This document shows positions 47,937-60,780 of a stretch of 64,000 bases of DNA, piece after piece. Origin of the DNA: Harriotta raleighana. Taxonomy: Eukaryota. How positions within the stretch are numbered: the stretch's first letter is position 1; every line of letters begins with the position of its first letter. The position numbers were made by a program, and so were the translations under genes. The stretch lies in the NCBI GenBank assembly GCA_050575255.1, contig JBNZDD010013729.1, forward strand, positions 4,842,731 to 4,906,730, given 5' to 3'. The notes beneath the pieces are model-generated. The model was given only the letters and a program-made list of their open reading frames with translations, was not told where the DNA came from and ran no database searches.

Positions 47937-49984
47937 GGGCTGTGCGAGTTGTTGTTTTTCAGTAAACATTCTAATTCGATGCAAATAAGACAAGTCCTTG
48001 CATTTGCAAATTTTATATAGCGGCTTATCACGTCTCAAGACATCTTGTACCACTTCACTAGATATACTATAAAATGGTGTAACTGTGTGTATCTTGTGGG
48101 AGGAATAAAAACTATGTGATCCAATAATGTTGTACTGTAGCACATTTATTGAAAGGCACAATCTTTACGAGCTCTTTCCCGCCAGGGGCGTTCAGTCTGA
48201 AGCAGCACTTGTTCGTTCGACTATCCATATATTTAGGAGCCTTGGAGTATGGTGATTCAAACTGCTGTCAGAGGCGTGAATCAGTGAACAGATGAAAGGC
48301 TGAATTCGGCCCCGTGTCAATAACGAGTGAAAGGGAATGACAAAACGCATGTAAAATCATGAGTTGGTAGACATGAGGCATGACAGTGACTTGGGTGAGA
48401 CTGATTGGGGGTTCAGTTGTGTCTGCCTGTTCTGATCTCCTGAGATTCCCTGTCCATCCTTTACGCTGAACAGGCAGACCCTTTGAGCCCAAAGTGACTC
48501 CTCCAAACCAGTTATCTCACCACGAGTGGGTCGTCCAGCTTCCACGGGTGANCTCCTGAGATTCCCTGTCCATCCTTTACGCTGAACAGGCAGACCCTTT
48601 GAACCCAAAGTGACTCCTCCAAACCAGTTATCTCACCACGAGTGGGTCGTCCAGCTTCTGATGACAGGCGCAATGCTTAGGTTTATACACAAAGCACAAT
48701 GATTTTGATTTACCAATACATCCATCCAGGAGTCAGTCTGGCTCAGTGTGCAGCATTCTCATCTCTGAGTCAACAGGTTGTGGGTTTAAGTTGTATCTCC
48801 AAAGTTGCTACGAAATGCTATTTCTGCTGTGCGCAATTGGCTGCTGCGTTTTGTCCACAACTTGCATTCTGTCATTTCACTTTACAGCAATACTCTGTGA
48901 AGTGCTTCAAAACTCCTCAATGGTGTCATAAGACGCTGCACCAAATGCAAGGGTTATTATTATTCTTATTATTCTATCTCCCAAAAGGGTTATGCAACAT
49001 TAGCGTCTATTATGGTGCCACGTGTATACCAACGGGCAAATGCACATGTACTGGGGGAGTTAGAGGGGCCCTTAATTATGTAATTAACAACCAAAGAAAC
49101 AGCTAATTTCACTGTCAATAACGATTAATTATTAGGGATTACTAAATCCTTTCCATTGGTAATCACATAATTAAGGGCACCCGCGATTCGCTCTGTAAAC
49201 AATGCATTTGCACATGGCCTATACATGGAGCGTAACGCCTAAACATTTGAGCAGAATGTTTATGTGTTACACTGGAGTGGAATTACATGTGTCCTAATAC
49301 TCAGACTGTATTGATTTCCCACGCAAATATTCCCTGTTTAAGTCTGCCGGGGGGTTTTAAAGAGCTGGCGGACAGACACTGGTTAAATAACGAGTGTCAA
49401 ACTGTCCGCCACGGTTCCGTTGTAGTTTTGACAACTGCGAGGAAAAAGAACAGGGACATGTTTCAGAACATCTGTATTTTCATTTCAATTAGCAAAAATG
49501 TTTTGAGTCAGGAAATGGATCCATTCATTTGCAAGAATAAAATGGTGGGAGACAAAATGAATGCATTTGCCTTCTACTTACCTTGTTGACTTAAACTCCC
49601 CGAACATGCGTTTACTTGAAATGAATGCGTCAAAATGAATTTGTATCAAGCGTAGAGTTGCTGCAATATGAATTAATAAGGATCAAAGCAGATTGGCACT
49701 TGAATTGTGAGTATTTGCTTCATGAGCCTCCTGCTGAATCAACTTATTATTTTCTTTTTAAATATCTTGTACATTTTTATCCCATTTGTTTAAATACTTT
49801 CTTAGTTTTACAGGGACGGGTAGTCTATCTCAAATTTGCCCAGAAGAGCAGTTTTATACATCAACTTTCACAGTTTTTACTTTCCATGTCAAACAGTGAT
49901 TATTTCATATCCTTTTAATGACAATCCGTTTGATATTGTGCCACTAATTACAAACCATTTTTGTTAGGTTAGAGCATATATTTG

Positions 49985-50116
49985 TAAGGTTAAGCTATTA
50001 AGGGATATGGGGCAAGGGCGGATAACTGGACTTGAAGTATAGATCAGCCATGATCTTATAGAACGACAGAACAGGCTTGAGGATCTGAATAGCTTACTCC
50101 TGTTTCTATGTTTCTA
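49985..50116 (+). mobile_element. CR1 3' end
   Basis: agatcagccatgatctta.agaacg...aggcttgagg..ctgaatagcttactcctgtttctatgtttctat. Confidence 0.8.
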
Positions 50117-50921
50117 TAAGGCATCTCAGAACGCTTTACGGGAATTCTTGCTAAATGTAGTGATAGCTTATTCGTTGGGCGATTGTGGGAGCTGATTCAC
50201 AGGCAGCAATAATAATTTATAATCATAGAATCATACAATGCAATTTGCAACCAATTTGCACGTAGGAATGTCTGACAAACAGCCATGAAGTGAATAGTTG
50301 ATTTTATCTGGGGCATTGTTGGCCATGACACCGGAAGAAATTCCCATCCCTTTTCGTAAGGTGCTGTGGGAACTCTAAAGTTAACCGGATTACTTGGGTT
50401 TAACAAGTCACCTGAAGGGACAATGATGCATTTGCGAGATAGACTGCTTGTTTTGTTGAACAGTTTGTCTCCAAAGAGGCGTGGAGGATGTGTTTGCAAG
50501 TAGGGTCTTGAAGGGGGGTTAATGAAACCGTGTGTCTGGTTGCAGAGTTCCTGTACAGAGAGACGGGTTCATAATAAAGTCAGAGATGATTCAGAATCAG
50601 CTGTGTCTGTTATGCCAGTTCCTGTTTTCACTGTACCATACAGCGGGAGGTCTAAATTACATGAGTCACAAACAGAGTCATGACCAGAGAATCTCAGATG
50701 TGTTGTTGCCGACCCTCAAGAATACACTGATGTCAGCGCCTGAATGCAGTCTTGGGAAAGTCAGTCATGGAGCATTCAAGATTTGTCTCATAAAACCCTC
50801 AGATTTGATACAGCACCTTTCACGTCCTGATGACGTCTCAAGCGCTTCACAGGATTTTATGATAAACTAGAGTGACTGTGTATTTTGCAAGTGAACGCTT
50901 AGAGGTCAATTTGCCCATGGA

Positions 50922-51660
50922 CACTGGCTCTTCATCCCCCAGAGGATCAAGTTCAAGGCCCTTGTCCTCAATTTTCAAGCCTTCCATGGTCTTGTTCCTC
51001 CCAATATCTGTGACCTCCTAAAATGTTACCAGCCTGCTCACTCCCTCTGCTTGGTAGGCACTGGCCAGCTCCATGTCTCCAGCGCTGCCCGCACCACCAT
51101 CAGTGCTCGTGACCTCAGCATTTCTCCCTAAACCCTAAACCCTCTGGAAATCCATTCCAGAATCCTGCTGCCTCGTTCCCTCCCTTTCCTTCCTCCAGGG
51201 CCATCTATAATAATAATAATAATAATCCTTGCATTTTGATATAGCGCTTTTCACATCTTATCAACGTCCCAAAGCGCTTCACAGAATATACTGTAAAGTG
51301 AATTGACTGTATATTTGTGGGCAGATTGCGGCAGCCAATTGCGCACAGCAGCGTCCCACAAACAGTCGTGGATTAAAATGACCAATTTTATTATTGTAGT
51401 TTTTTTGGAGGGATTATTATTAGGTGTGTGGAGTAAGGAAACTTGCTCAAGGTTTCGCCCTGATCTGTCTGGATTCGAACACAGGTCTCATGCTTGTAAG
51501 GCATGTAAGGCGAGTGCTCTAACCACTGAGCCACAGGAGTCATCACCTTCCTCTTTGACTGTGCCTTCGGTCAATCTCTCAACCCGTCAGCTCGAATGCA
51601 AACCCTTCACTGACCAGGCCTTGGGATGTCCGCCTGACATGACATTTGTTGCTGTTGTTG
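50922..51660 (+). mobile_element. L2 fragment split by a young SINE
   Basis: cactggctc...aggatcaagttcaag (HWL..QRIKFK) to 51206; resumes at 51541 with accttcctctttgac...ttgggatgtccgcctgacatg. Confidence 0.82.
51207..51540 (-). mobile_element. tRNA-derived SINE, full length (young; 9-nt head duplication)
   Basis: Near-identical to the copy at 29642. Confidence 0.95.
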
Positions 51661-52305
51661 ATTTTGTTTAACAGCTCATCGGAAGGTCAGCACCTCCAAC
51701 AATGGAGCAGTTCGGACCTTGTATCAGAGCCTCAGAGCATCAGCCTAGATAGTGAGTCCTGATTCAATCATTCTCTGGGTCAACTGAGTGGCTGCAAAGA
51801 CCTGTCTGGGCTGAGGACACAGCAGATGAGATGAACAGCACTCGGGATCTGGCACGGTGTAACCAGATGTGGACAGGAGTATGAGCAATGATAGGACTTC
51901 AGAGCGAGGAGGGGGCTAAACGCTCCGTTTGAGTCACGGCCTGGGAATCCGGTGTCAACGTAATGAAGAGTGAAGGATCTCATTCCTCCCAATGGGAAAG
52001 CCAATCCTGCAGTTCTGTGGCTGGAGTGAGAATCAGATTGGGTCAGCTAATGGCTTCAAGTGATGTTTCTTAATTGATCTCATATGTAGCAGGTTCAGCT
52101 AACAATGCTCGGAGGATTGAGGAGAGATGTGCTGGAAAAGATTGTTTTGAGGCTTTAAACACAGTCTTGTATGATGGAGTGCGCAATTATAAAGTGCTGC
52201 AGAATGGAAGATGTATCTGTCACTCTTTGCTTCTTTTCACTACGTTAGACACACACACACACACACACACCTCAGATCAATCCATGTTGCCCCCATTAAT
52301 CTAAC

Positions 52306-52505
52306 AATATAATAATAAGCCCTGCATTTGCCCTAGTGATTTTCACATCTTCTGGACATCTCAAAACGCTTCACAGGCTATACTGTAGTGTGAATTTGTG
52401 AGCGAAACGCGGCAGGCAATTGCACACAGCAGTGTCCCACAAGCAATCGTGGATCGAAATGACCAATTCCTTATTTATTTTTCTTGAGGGAATATTATCA
52501 GGCAT
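52306..52505 (-). mobile_element. SINE 3' two-thirds
   Basis: Consensus tail and body. Confidence 0.85.
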
Positions 52506-52683
52506 TAGCCCACTGTCTGAATCCTGGGCCTGTGAAGACTGAGACTGCGGAGGTAAGTGGACAATACTTGCCAATCTTGGTAACTAGAGCTTTTGCTCTG
52601 TTTACTCAGTCTGGAGCAAAACAAGTTGCTTCTCGCGCTTTGCCAAACCTCGATTTGCCTCCAGTAATATTCAGTTTTGTCTA

Positions 52684-52983
52684 GGTGTTGGGCTGTCTCA
52701 GTCAATAACACTCTCACCTCTGAGTCAGAAGGTTTAGCATTCAAAACACATCATGTTGGGTCTTTGAAATCGCAAGTCTAAGGTGGTGTTCCATTGCAGT
52801 GCCAGAGGGGGGTTGGAGGTGGTGGGGGGGAGAGGGCGGAAAGCACTGCATTTTCGGCGGGGCCGTATTTCAGATAAGACATCAAACTGAAGTCCCATGT
52901 TCAGGTGCACAATCCAATCGTGCTACTCAAGGAGAGAAGGGAGCTGGGCAACAAGCCCTCAGGTGAAGTTGATCATTCGCTCC
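52684..52983 (+). mobile_element. Old Deu SINE 5' part (continues after 53297)
   Basis: actctcacctctgagtcagaagg head; ttcagataagacatcaaactga Deu domain; ccatgactgtttgtggg resumes after the young SINE. Confidence 0.72.
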
Positions 52984-53297
52984 ATAATAATATTATAATA
53001 ATCCTTACGTTTGATATAATGCTTTTCACGTCTTGCCGACGTCTCAAAGGGCTTCACAGAATATACTGTAAAGTGAATTGACTGTATATTTGCGGGTGAA
53101 ACAAGGCAGCCAATTGCACACAGAAGTGTCCCACAAACAATCATGGATTGAAATGACCAATTTTTTTCTTTTTTTTTTTTTGGGACGGGTTATTATTAGG
53201 CGTGTGGAGTAAGGAAACTTGCCCTGAATGGCCTAGATTTGAATACAGGTCTCCTGCTTGTTAGGTGAGTGCTCTAACCACTGAGCTTCAGGTCTCC
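52984..53297 (-). mobile_element. tRNA-derived SINE inserted in a Deu SINE
   Basis: Consensus tail to head gagtgctctaaccactgagc. Confidence 0.92.
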
Positions 53298-55149
53298 ATG
53301 ACTGTTTGTGGGGCTTTGGGAAATGCGGAAGGATGTGATCAAGTGGGCCAAAGGGCCTTCTTCCCTTGATCCAACCTTGTGATCTTATGGAACCAATGTC
53401 CTTACTTCCCAACATAGCATGAAACTCTCCCGAGCTCTGCTGTGAGATTCTGCGCTTCCCTTTATTGAACAAATCCAGCAATTTGTGGAGGTATCTGACT
53501 GTGCAAGAGTCCGTGTATCAGTCACCGAAGACTGTAAAAATTCACCCTCTTACATTGTGCGAAATTATATTTCATTACATGCTGACGATTGACAGGTAAG
53601 TTACACAATTTCAAAGAAGATTCATATCAATGTATTGTACAATGCATTGCTCAAGCAGATGTTATTCAAAGATACAGCTATGAACTTATAGACATCTCTG
53701 CCAATATTTTCTAGCTCAGATGTCAGTAACTGGTTATGCAATAGCTTGAAGATATATTCTCTCACACCTACTTCCTGTTGACAGTGTGACATCCAACAAC
53801 AAATTTTTCAGTGTCTTGAGGCGCTTTCCACAGCATTCTTCTAGTTTCTTCCTCCCGGTGGATTCTACATTCTTTCTCAAGGCTTGGATTGATGGGCTCA
53901 ATGGCCTTTATTCTTTTACTTTCTTGGGAGAACGGAAATGAAAGAGCGATGTGTAAATGAATGGTGGTTCGATGTTGTGGGGGTTTCTCAGTTACAGTCG
54001 TAGAGGATCTGTTTCAAGTTCACTCCATGTGCAATGTAAGAGAATTTCAGGTGAAGCCACTGGAGTCCATTAAACCAGGCATCCGGCATACGTTTAATTA
54101 AACACTAACCAGGCTTGATCCTGTGTTTCTCCTGAATTCCCAGGCATTCCCAGGCTAACAGCTCAGCGTCTCGGATAATTGAGTCTTTACATCCTTCACT
54201 GCACATCGACCCCCTTTGCTAACTTGAAGAAAATGTGGTCACTTAATTCACGACTGTTTGTGGGACACTGCTGTGTGCAATTGGCTGCCGTGTTTCGCTG
54301 ACAGCATATACAATCAATCCTCTTTACAGTTATACTCTGCAAAGCGCTTTGAGACATCTCAAAGGTGTGTTAAGGCGGTATATCGAATGCAAGGATTAAT
54401 CTTATTATTTACTATTATTATCATTGTTAACCCTTCCTAATCCTCTTAACTTCTTAACGTCCACATTAGGTTATTTTAAAACGTTTGAAAGAAAAAAACA
54501 TCCAATGGGTTGTAAAAAAAAGGAAACGGCAATTTGAAGTGAGCTTGATAACCACTCTATTCACAGCTGTAGTTATCCTGTGTGTTAAATAGTCTTTCTG
54601 ATCGGAGCTTAAGCAACCGAACTGCTAAAAAATAGACGGTCAAAAGGGCAGAGGTCACCAGTGCAAGATCACAACATAAACTTAACTTCTCTGGTAAAAG
54701 CCAGCACAGGAAGAGGTCTCTACAGTCCAGTCATTTCATCTCCTAACCCGAAAGAGGAAGAGCATCAGTATTAGATTGCTTTTTTGGGCATTCCAGCCTT
54801 GAGAGGCACAACAAGATGCATTAGCGTACGAAACAGATCACGGAGGAGAGACAGAGGGTTTAGCCAGCACTGTCAACTGTGAATTGTACATTACGCATTA
54901 AAGTGCTCATCTTTCTTGTGTATTTATTCAACTTGTTTACACAGGATATAACTGACTCAGCTCACAAGGTGGCTTACATTGCTACACCCTTTCTTGAAAG
55001 CAGTTGATAGCAACCCTCTCGGATTGTAGACCCATAATACAAGTGCGTTATAATCCAGAGATACATCCGTTGAAACGCCTCATTATTCAGTTCACTGTTT
55101 CAATCACTTCACCATGGCCTAATCTTACGAACAATGAAACTCCTGTAGN

Positions 55150-55378
55150 AATTGACTGTATATTTGTGGGCGGAACGCGGCAGCCAATTGCGCACAGCAG
55201 TGTCCCACAAACAGTCATGGATTGAAATGACCAATTTTATTATTGTGGTTTTTTTTGGAGGGATTATTATTAGGCATGTGGAGTAAGGAAACTTGCCCAA
55301 GGTTTCGCCCTGATCTGCCTGGATTCGAACACAGGTCTCATGCTTGCAAGGCGAGTGCTCTAACCACTAAGCCACAGG
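55150..55378 (-). mobile_element. Young tRNA-derived SINE (tail lost in N gap)
   Basis: Near-identical to the copy at 29642 but without the 9-nt duplication. Confidence 0.93.
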
Positions 55379-55522
55379 CAGATCAGGGGAGAAACTTTGG
55401 GCAAGTTTCTTTTACTCCATACACCTAACAATAATTCTGACAGTTACACACGATTGTAAGACTTATTATTGAAGCCTTCCGTACCCCTTGTTTTCTCAGC
55501 TGGCCCAGGCTGCAGAAAAAAN

Positions 55523-55645
55523 CTCCTGTAGCTCAGTGATTAGAGCACTCGCCTTACAAGCACGAGACCTGTGTTCAAATCCAGGCAGATCAGGGGAGAA
55601 ACCTTGGGCAAGTTTCTTTTACTCCATACGCCTAATAATAATCCT
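55523..55645 (+). mobile_element. SINE 5' half
   Basis: ctcctgtagctcagtgattagagcactcgcc...accttgggcaagttt...taataataatcc. Confidence 0.9.
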
Positions 55646-56117
55646 GACAGTTACACAAGATTGTAAGACTTATTATTGAAGCCTTCCGTACCCCTTGTTT
55701 TCTCAGCTGGCCCAGGCTGCAGAAAAAACTCTGCCTCACAGAAGCAAGCAACCCAACAGTGGCATTTGGAATAACAGACCTGCCAAGATCTAGCAAACAG
55801 ATTTGATGGACTGAATGGTTTTCTATTCCTTTGCTCTTACTACAGAGAAACCTCTGGAACATTCTCATGCCACAATTCCAGACTCCGCCTGCACCCGTTG
55901 GAAAACAAAAGCATGTGAAGACTTTAATCTTTGGTGGATTTGATTTAATGCCATTCGAGGTGAGAGAGCAAAACAAACAAAATTATACTTGTATAGAACC
56001 TTTCATGTCAGGAGGACGTCCCAAGGCAACTCAAAAGGTTTCATTAGATTTCACTGGACTTATTGTAAATTGGGACGAATGTTCATTTTGTTGATGAACG
56101 CCACATCCAATTTGCCC

Positions 56118-56270
56118 TGTTTGTGGGACACTGCTGTGCACAATTGGCTGCCTCATTTCGCCCACAAATATACAGTCAATTCACTTTACATGGTATATTC
56201 TGTGAAGCGCTTTGAGATGTTTAGAAGATGTGAACAGCACTATATCAAATTCAAGGATTATTCTTATTAT
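56118..56270 (+). mobile_element. SINE 3' half (similar piece at 54235-54425)
   Basis: Consensus tail. Confidence 0.87.
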
Positions 56271-56988
56271 ATTCTGCAAACAGTTGGATGATGGATTTTA
56301 TCAGAGAGAGGGATTTTTGACCAGAACACCAGGAGAAACTCTCTTGTCATTTACAAACAGTATCTTTAACACCTACCTTAGCAGTGTTCAGACAGTACTC
56401 GATTGAATGTCTCATATAAATTCTTTGGACAGATTTGGGTGTGAAAAGGCGTTCGACATTGCATTTGGATGCCTGACTAGGATTTTCTTTTATTCAGAGC
56501 AATTAATAATTTATGGGCATTTTAATGAGATGAAAATAAGAAGGAAACATCTGCTCTGGGTCCCTTTGATCTATAATGCCGCGAGCTACTTTCCTTTTGC
56601 AGGGAAAAGGGAATGAAAATGGGATTTGTGCTGCTCGCGGCTTTGCGGCAATGTCGAGGCGTTAAATCTTGGAAATCGAAGCTGTGTGTTTTTTTTTCAT
56701 CTTTCATTATCAAATTAATTCCCTGGCTTCTTCTTAGACTTTTAAATTACAGCCCAGGCTTCAAGCTTGTATATCGACTCAAAGCAGATTGGTTAAGCCT
56801 TGGCATTTCTGTTCTCTTTTGGTACAGAGTATTGTTACAGAGTTCCAGTCTGCTCCGTGTCCAATTCCAGAGTCAAACGTTGCCCAGCTTACTGCTCTAC
56901 TGGCTATAATGGGATAGAGAGAGACTGGGAGTGGGGAGGAAGGGGGAATGTGGGCATGACCTTTGGCATCTGGGTAAAGTAATGAACA

Positions 56989-57105
56989 ATCATAGAATCG
57001 TAGAATTATAAAGCACAGAAGGAGGCCATTCAACCCATCATGTCTGTCCAAGTCAATCCCCCTTCCCTGCTTTCTCTCCCTGCAGTCCACAAGCCTCCAT
57101 TCCCT
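56989..57105 (-). mobile_element. CR1 3' end
   Basis: atcatagaatcgtagaat...agaaggaggccattcaacccatc. Confidence 0.8.
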
Positions 57106-59431
57106 AAATAATTATCGAAAGCAATAATAATAATAGGTTTTGGCATGGCGTCTACCAATGTCAAAATGTCTGAAATTCCTTCCCTGCCAGTTGCCTTCAA
57201 ATGTAGTGACTGTATTTGTAGGCAGGTGTGACAGCCGATTAGCCTGAAACAAGGTCCCAGAGACAGCTGTAAGGCCAGATGACCAATTTATTGGAGTGTT
57301 TTACCTGTAAAATATAGAGTTGATTCACTTAACAGTACATTTCATGAAGCGCTTTGAGAAGTCTCGGAGATGTGACGAGGTGCTGTATCAAACTCAAGGA
57401 TTATTAGGACATTCTCCCGATGTGAAAGGCCTCAATAAATGTAATTTTGCTGTTGTTGTTGTATTATTTTTATTATTAGTATTGTCGGGCCAGACACCAG
57501 GAAGAACACACGATCAGCGAACATTTATGGAAGAAACAAGGATTTTTTTTCCCCTGCAAATAATATGTTACAAAAAAGTCTTGTTCTGTAGCTTTTTTCT
57601 GTTTCGAGCAAGCCCACATTTTATTAGTTAAAGAGGGCCTTGCATCTGCACTGTGCTCTCCTGTTGAAAGCAGTGCAAACGCGTGTCTGCATGTAGAAGC
57701 CTGGGGCAAGACTGCTTCCCCGTCCTGGGAATTTACAGTCCAAACCACAGCCCATGATACTTGCCACTGTCACGCAGTTCAAAGCAGCAAAGAAATCAGA
57801 CAAATTTTCGATTCCGATACCTCTGCAATTCAGTGCAAAAGTTGTGAGGCACGATTTTATTTGAGTGCGTGTGTTTTGTGGGGTCGGTGGTTGGTGGGTG
57901 GGCCGGGGGTTGGGGGGAGTAGGGGGCTGGGAGGTATTTTGAAATCGGACGATTTTGAATCGTCCCTTTAAATGAAAAACAAATGATGCCGTTGGACCTT
58001 AAAGGAATGCTGTGTGTAAATAAAGTGGATTTAGGGATTTTGAAATCAGTCCCAGTCTGCAGATGTGCAGTTGACTCCATCCACATTGACTGAAATCTGG
58101 AGTTAATTGAACACTGCACTCAGACTCATCCAAAGGAGGTACCCAGGGCTAATACGCTCTGCATTGAGGGAGTACTCCAAGTCCCTGCCAGTCCGCTAGT
58201 GAGAGAGATCTTGTGTTTTTATGGTGCTTTTGATCATGTTGAAACATCTCAAAGTGCTTTACTGTAACTATTGTCTGCTTTTTGCAGGCAAACGGACATA
58301 GAGTCGCCACACTTCACAGCATAAAATCCCAGAAGCGCCTTGAGACATCTCGCTGACATGACAAGGTACTGTATGAAATAACAAGGATTATTGTTGAACA
58401 GCGTTGGACACGACATTTGAGGTCAATCTGGCTGATCCTAGTTCAGAGGAACCTACAAGGTTATAGCGCAGAAACAGGACACAGACAACATGGTGGTGGG
58501 AGGTGGGTAATCAGGAAAGCTGCCCCATAATTGCACCAAACCCATGGTGTTTTCCTCCACACACAAACCACCTATTTTTACTCCTACTGTCCCTGTCCCG
58601 ATCTCTACATTGACCTCAAATTATTTAATCCACTGTGTTAAACATTACAACACAGAAATGGGCCTTTTGGCCAAGACTTGAACCTCGATTACCTCACTTT
58701 TCCAGGCCTCCATTGATTGAAACACATAAGGTATCAAAAAGCACATTTTGTTCTGATTATCCTAATCCCAAATTGCTCAATTTTCAGAGTATTAAATGAC
58801 TCTGGTTAATGCCTCTTTAGGTTCTAATCTCCCTGGGAACTTCATTTATGTCCAGGGAGACAAAACAGGCAAATAACGCAGGAGAGGTTTGGATGAAGAA
58901 GACTTCTTTGGCCCATTTGATCTTATCCTTACAGCATGTTTCTTAAATGTGCCCTGACCTCAACTGCTCTTCCCAGTCCCAAGTTATTAATTATTCTGTA
59001 TGTAAAGAAACGCTTCCTGGCATCTGTTCTGAAATTGTCCATCACCCTGTATTATCTTCCAATTTGCAGTATGAAAGGCAGCCAGCATTACCACTGTTAT
59101 ATTTTTGTTTCATTAACCCTTACAATGTGTTTCACATCAGGAGGACGCCTCCCAGTGCTTCACAGGATTTACTGTAAAGTGGAGGTGGCTGTATATTTTG
59201 TAGGGTAATGCGTCAGTCAGCCGTGAAGTGTTTGCTTCTTCTTCTTCCTTTACAAAGGAACAAAAAAATGTTGCATGAAAAACCTAGGAAACCGGCTCGT
59301 TTGTGACCCGTGGTTGATTTGATGGTCTTTGTTGTCTGCAAACGTACCAATGATTTGATTCTGGAAACACATAAGTGTGGACTACAGAGCGAGAGAGAGG
59401 TCATCTTCTCTGAGCGACAATCTGTATCAAA

Positions 59432-59770
59432 TAACAACAACAAAAAACAATTTATACAGCGCTTTTCACGTTGGGAGTACGTCCCAAGGCGCTGAACAAT
59501 CAGGTCAGCACCCGAGCGGGGGGGGTGGTTAGGGCGGTGGACGCGGAGCAGGCCAGAGTCTGCTGAGCAGAGGGGGCGGGCAGGCTGATACGGAGACAGC
59601 AGGGGTAGGGGGAAGTGGTAGGAGAGTAGGAGAGGGGGAAGAGTTAGGAGGGGAGCCGGAGACACGGTTGAAGAGGAAGGTCTTGAGACCGGACTTGAAG
59701 GAGGAAAGGGAGGAAGTGAGGCGAAGGGATTATGGGATGGAGTTCCAGAGTGTGGGGGCAGAGACTGAAG
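59432..59770 (-). mobile_element. L2 3' region, internally rearranged
   Basis: (caa)n tail and stem-loop; LLSPYQPARPLCSADSGLLRVHRP lies 3' of the LWNSIP/UTR block, out of order relative to the 12427 copy. Confidence 0.88.
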
Positions 59771-60424
59771 AGCATCTGCAGTTTTATTTGGGCACAAAAC
59801 AGCAACAGTTGTAGTTTGAGTAATCAAATGCAATGCAGAGAAAGAGAGAGAGAGAGAGATCGTGAAAGAAAGACAAACCTGCAGAATTACTTTAGCAATA
59901 CTACAAATTGAAGAAAATAAGCGAACTGTCAGGAAATGGAACGTAATAGAAAGAAGAGGTTATTGTGATGGGCGATAAAAAAAAAGCCAAGTTCAAATCA
60001 AATAAAGAATACACCAATATCACAGAAGGACGAGGATGAGGGCCAGAGCTGATAGCTTTAATGAAGGATAGATACGGTATAGCTTTAGCCAAAGTCGCGT
60101 CCTTTCAGCCAGGGAACTTGGTCAGCATGGACTGGCTCAGAGAAATAGGAAATGTGAGAGATTATTGGCTTACTGCTCAAACTATAAAGTGGATGTAGCT
60201 AAATCATGAGATGGGGTTGTGTGATAAGCTGTGTGGTCTGACCTGTGTTTGCAGCAATCCGAGCTGGAAATATCATTGCCTGTTTGCGCAAGGCAATTTA
60301 GACCCCAGAGATCTGCAGACAGAGATCTGCAGTGTGTTTTTTTTAACCAGCGGAGAATAATAACAAAGGCAATCTCACCTTTGTCCCTTGCTGATAGGAC
60401 AACCACGATAAACTTGTATTTAAT

Positions 60425-60780
60425 TATAATAATCTTCGCATTTGACATAGCACCATATCACTTTGTTGAAACGTCCCAAACGCTTCACAGAATATACTGT
60501 ATTATCATTAATATGCATTATTTGCTTATCCTGTATTATATCTATAATTGCGCACAGCAATGTCCCACAAACTCAACACAAACTGAGCGACCAAATTCAT
60601 TTATTTATTTTTTGGAAAGGTTATTACCCTTGGAAAGCAGTGTGCCAATTGACTAACAACTGGGTTCCTACTTACTGCTTGGTAAACAGAGGCGTGTGGA
60701 GTAAAGAAACTGACTTAAAGTTTCGCCCTGCCTAGGAATTCACCTGGTCCTCTCACTTGTGAGGCAAGCACTCTAACAAC
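60425..60780 (-). mobile_element. SINE, long (complete CORE-like) variant
   Basis: Contains gggttcctacttactgcttggtaaacagaggcgtgtggagtaa, linking the extra segment directly to the young-SINE body. Confidence 0.85.

Noticed and set aside
53479-53595. 117-nt plus-strand ag...gtaagt exon candidate with one open frame (NLWRYLTVQESVY...)
   Set aside because: Weak acceptor, unrecognised peptide and no partner exons; cannot be supported without transcripts.
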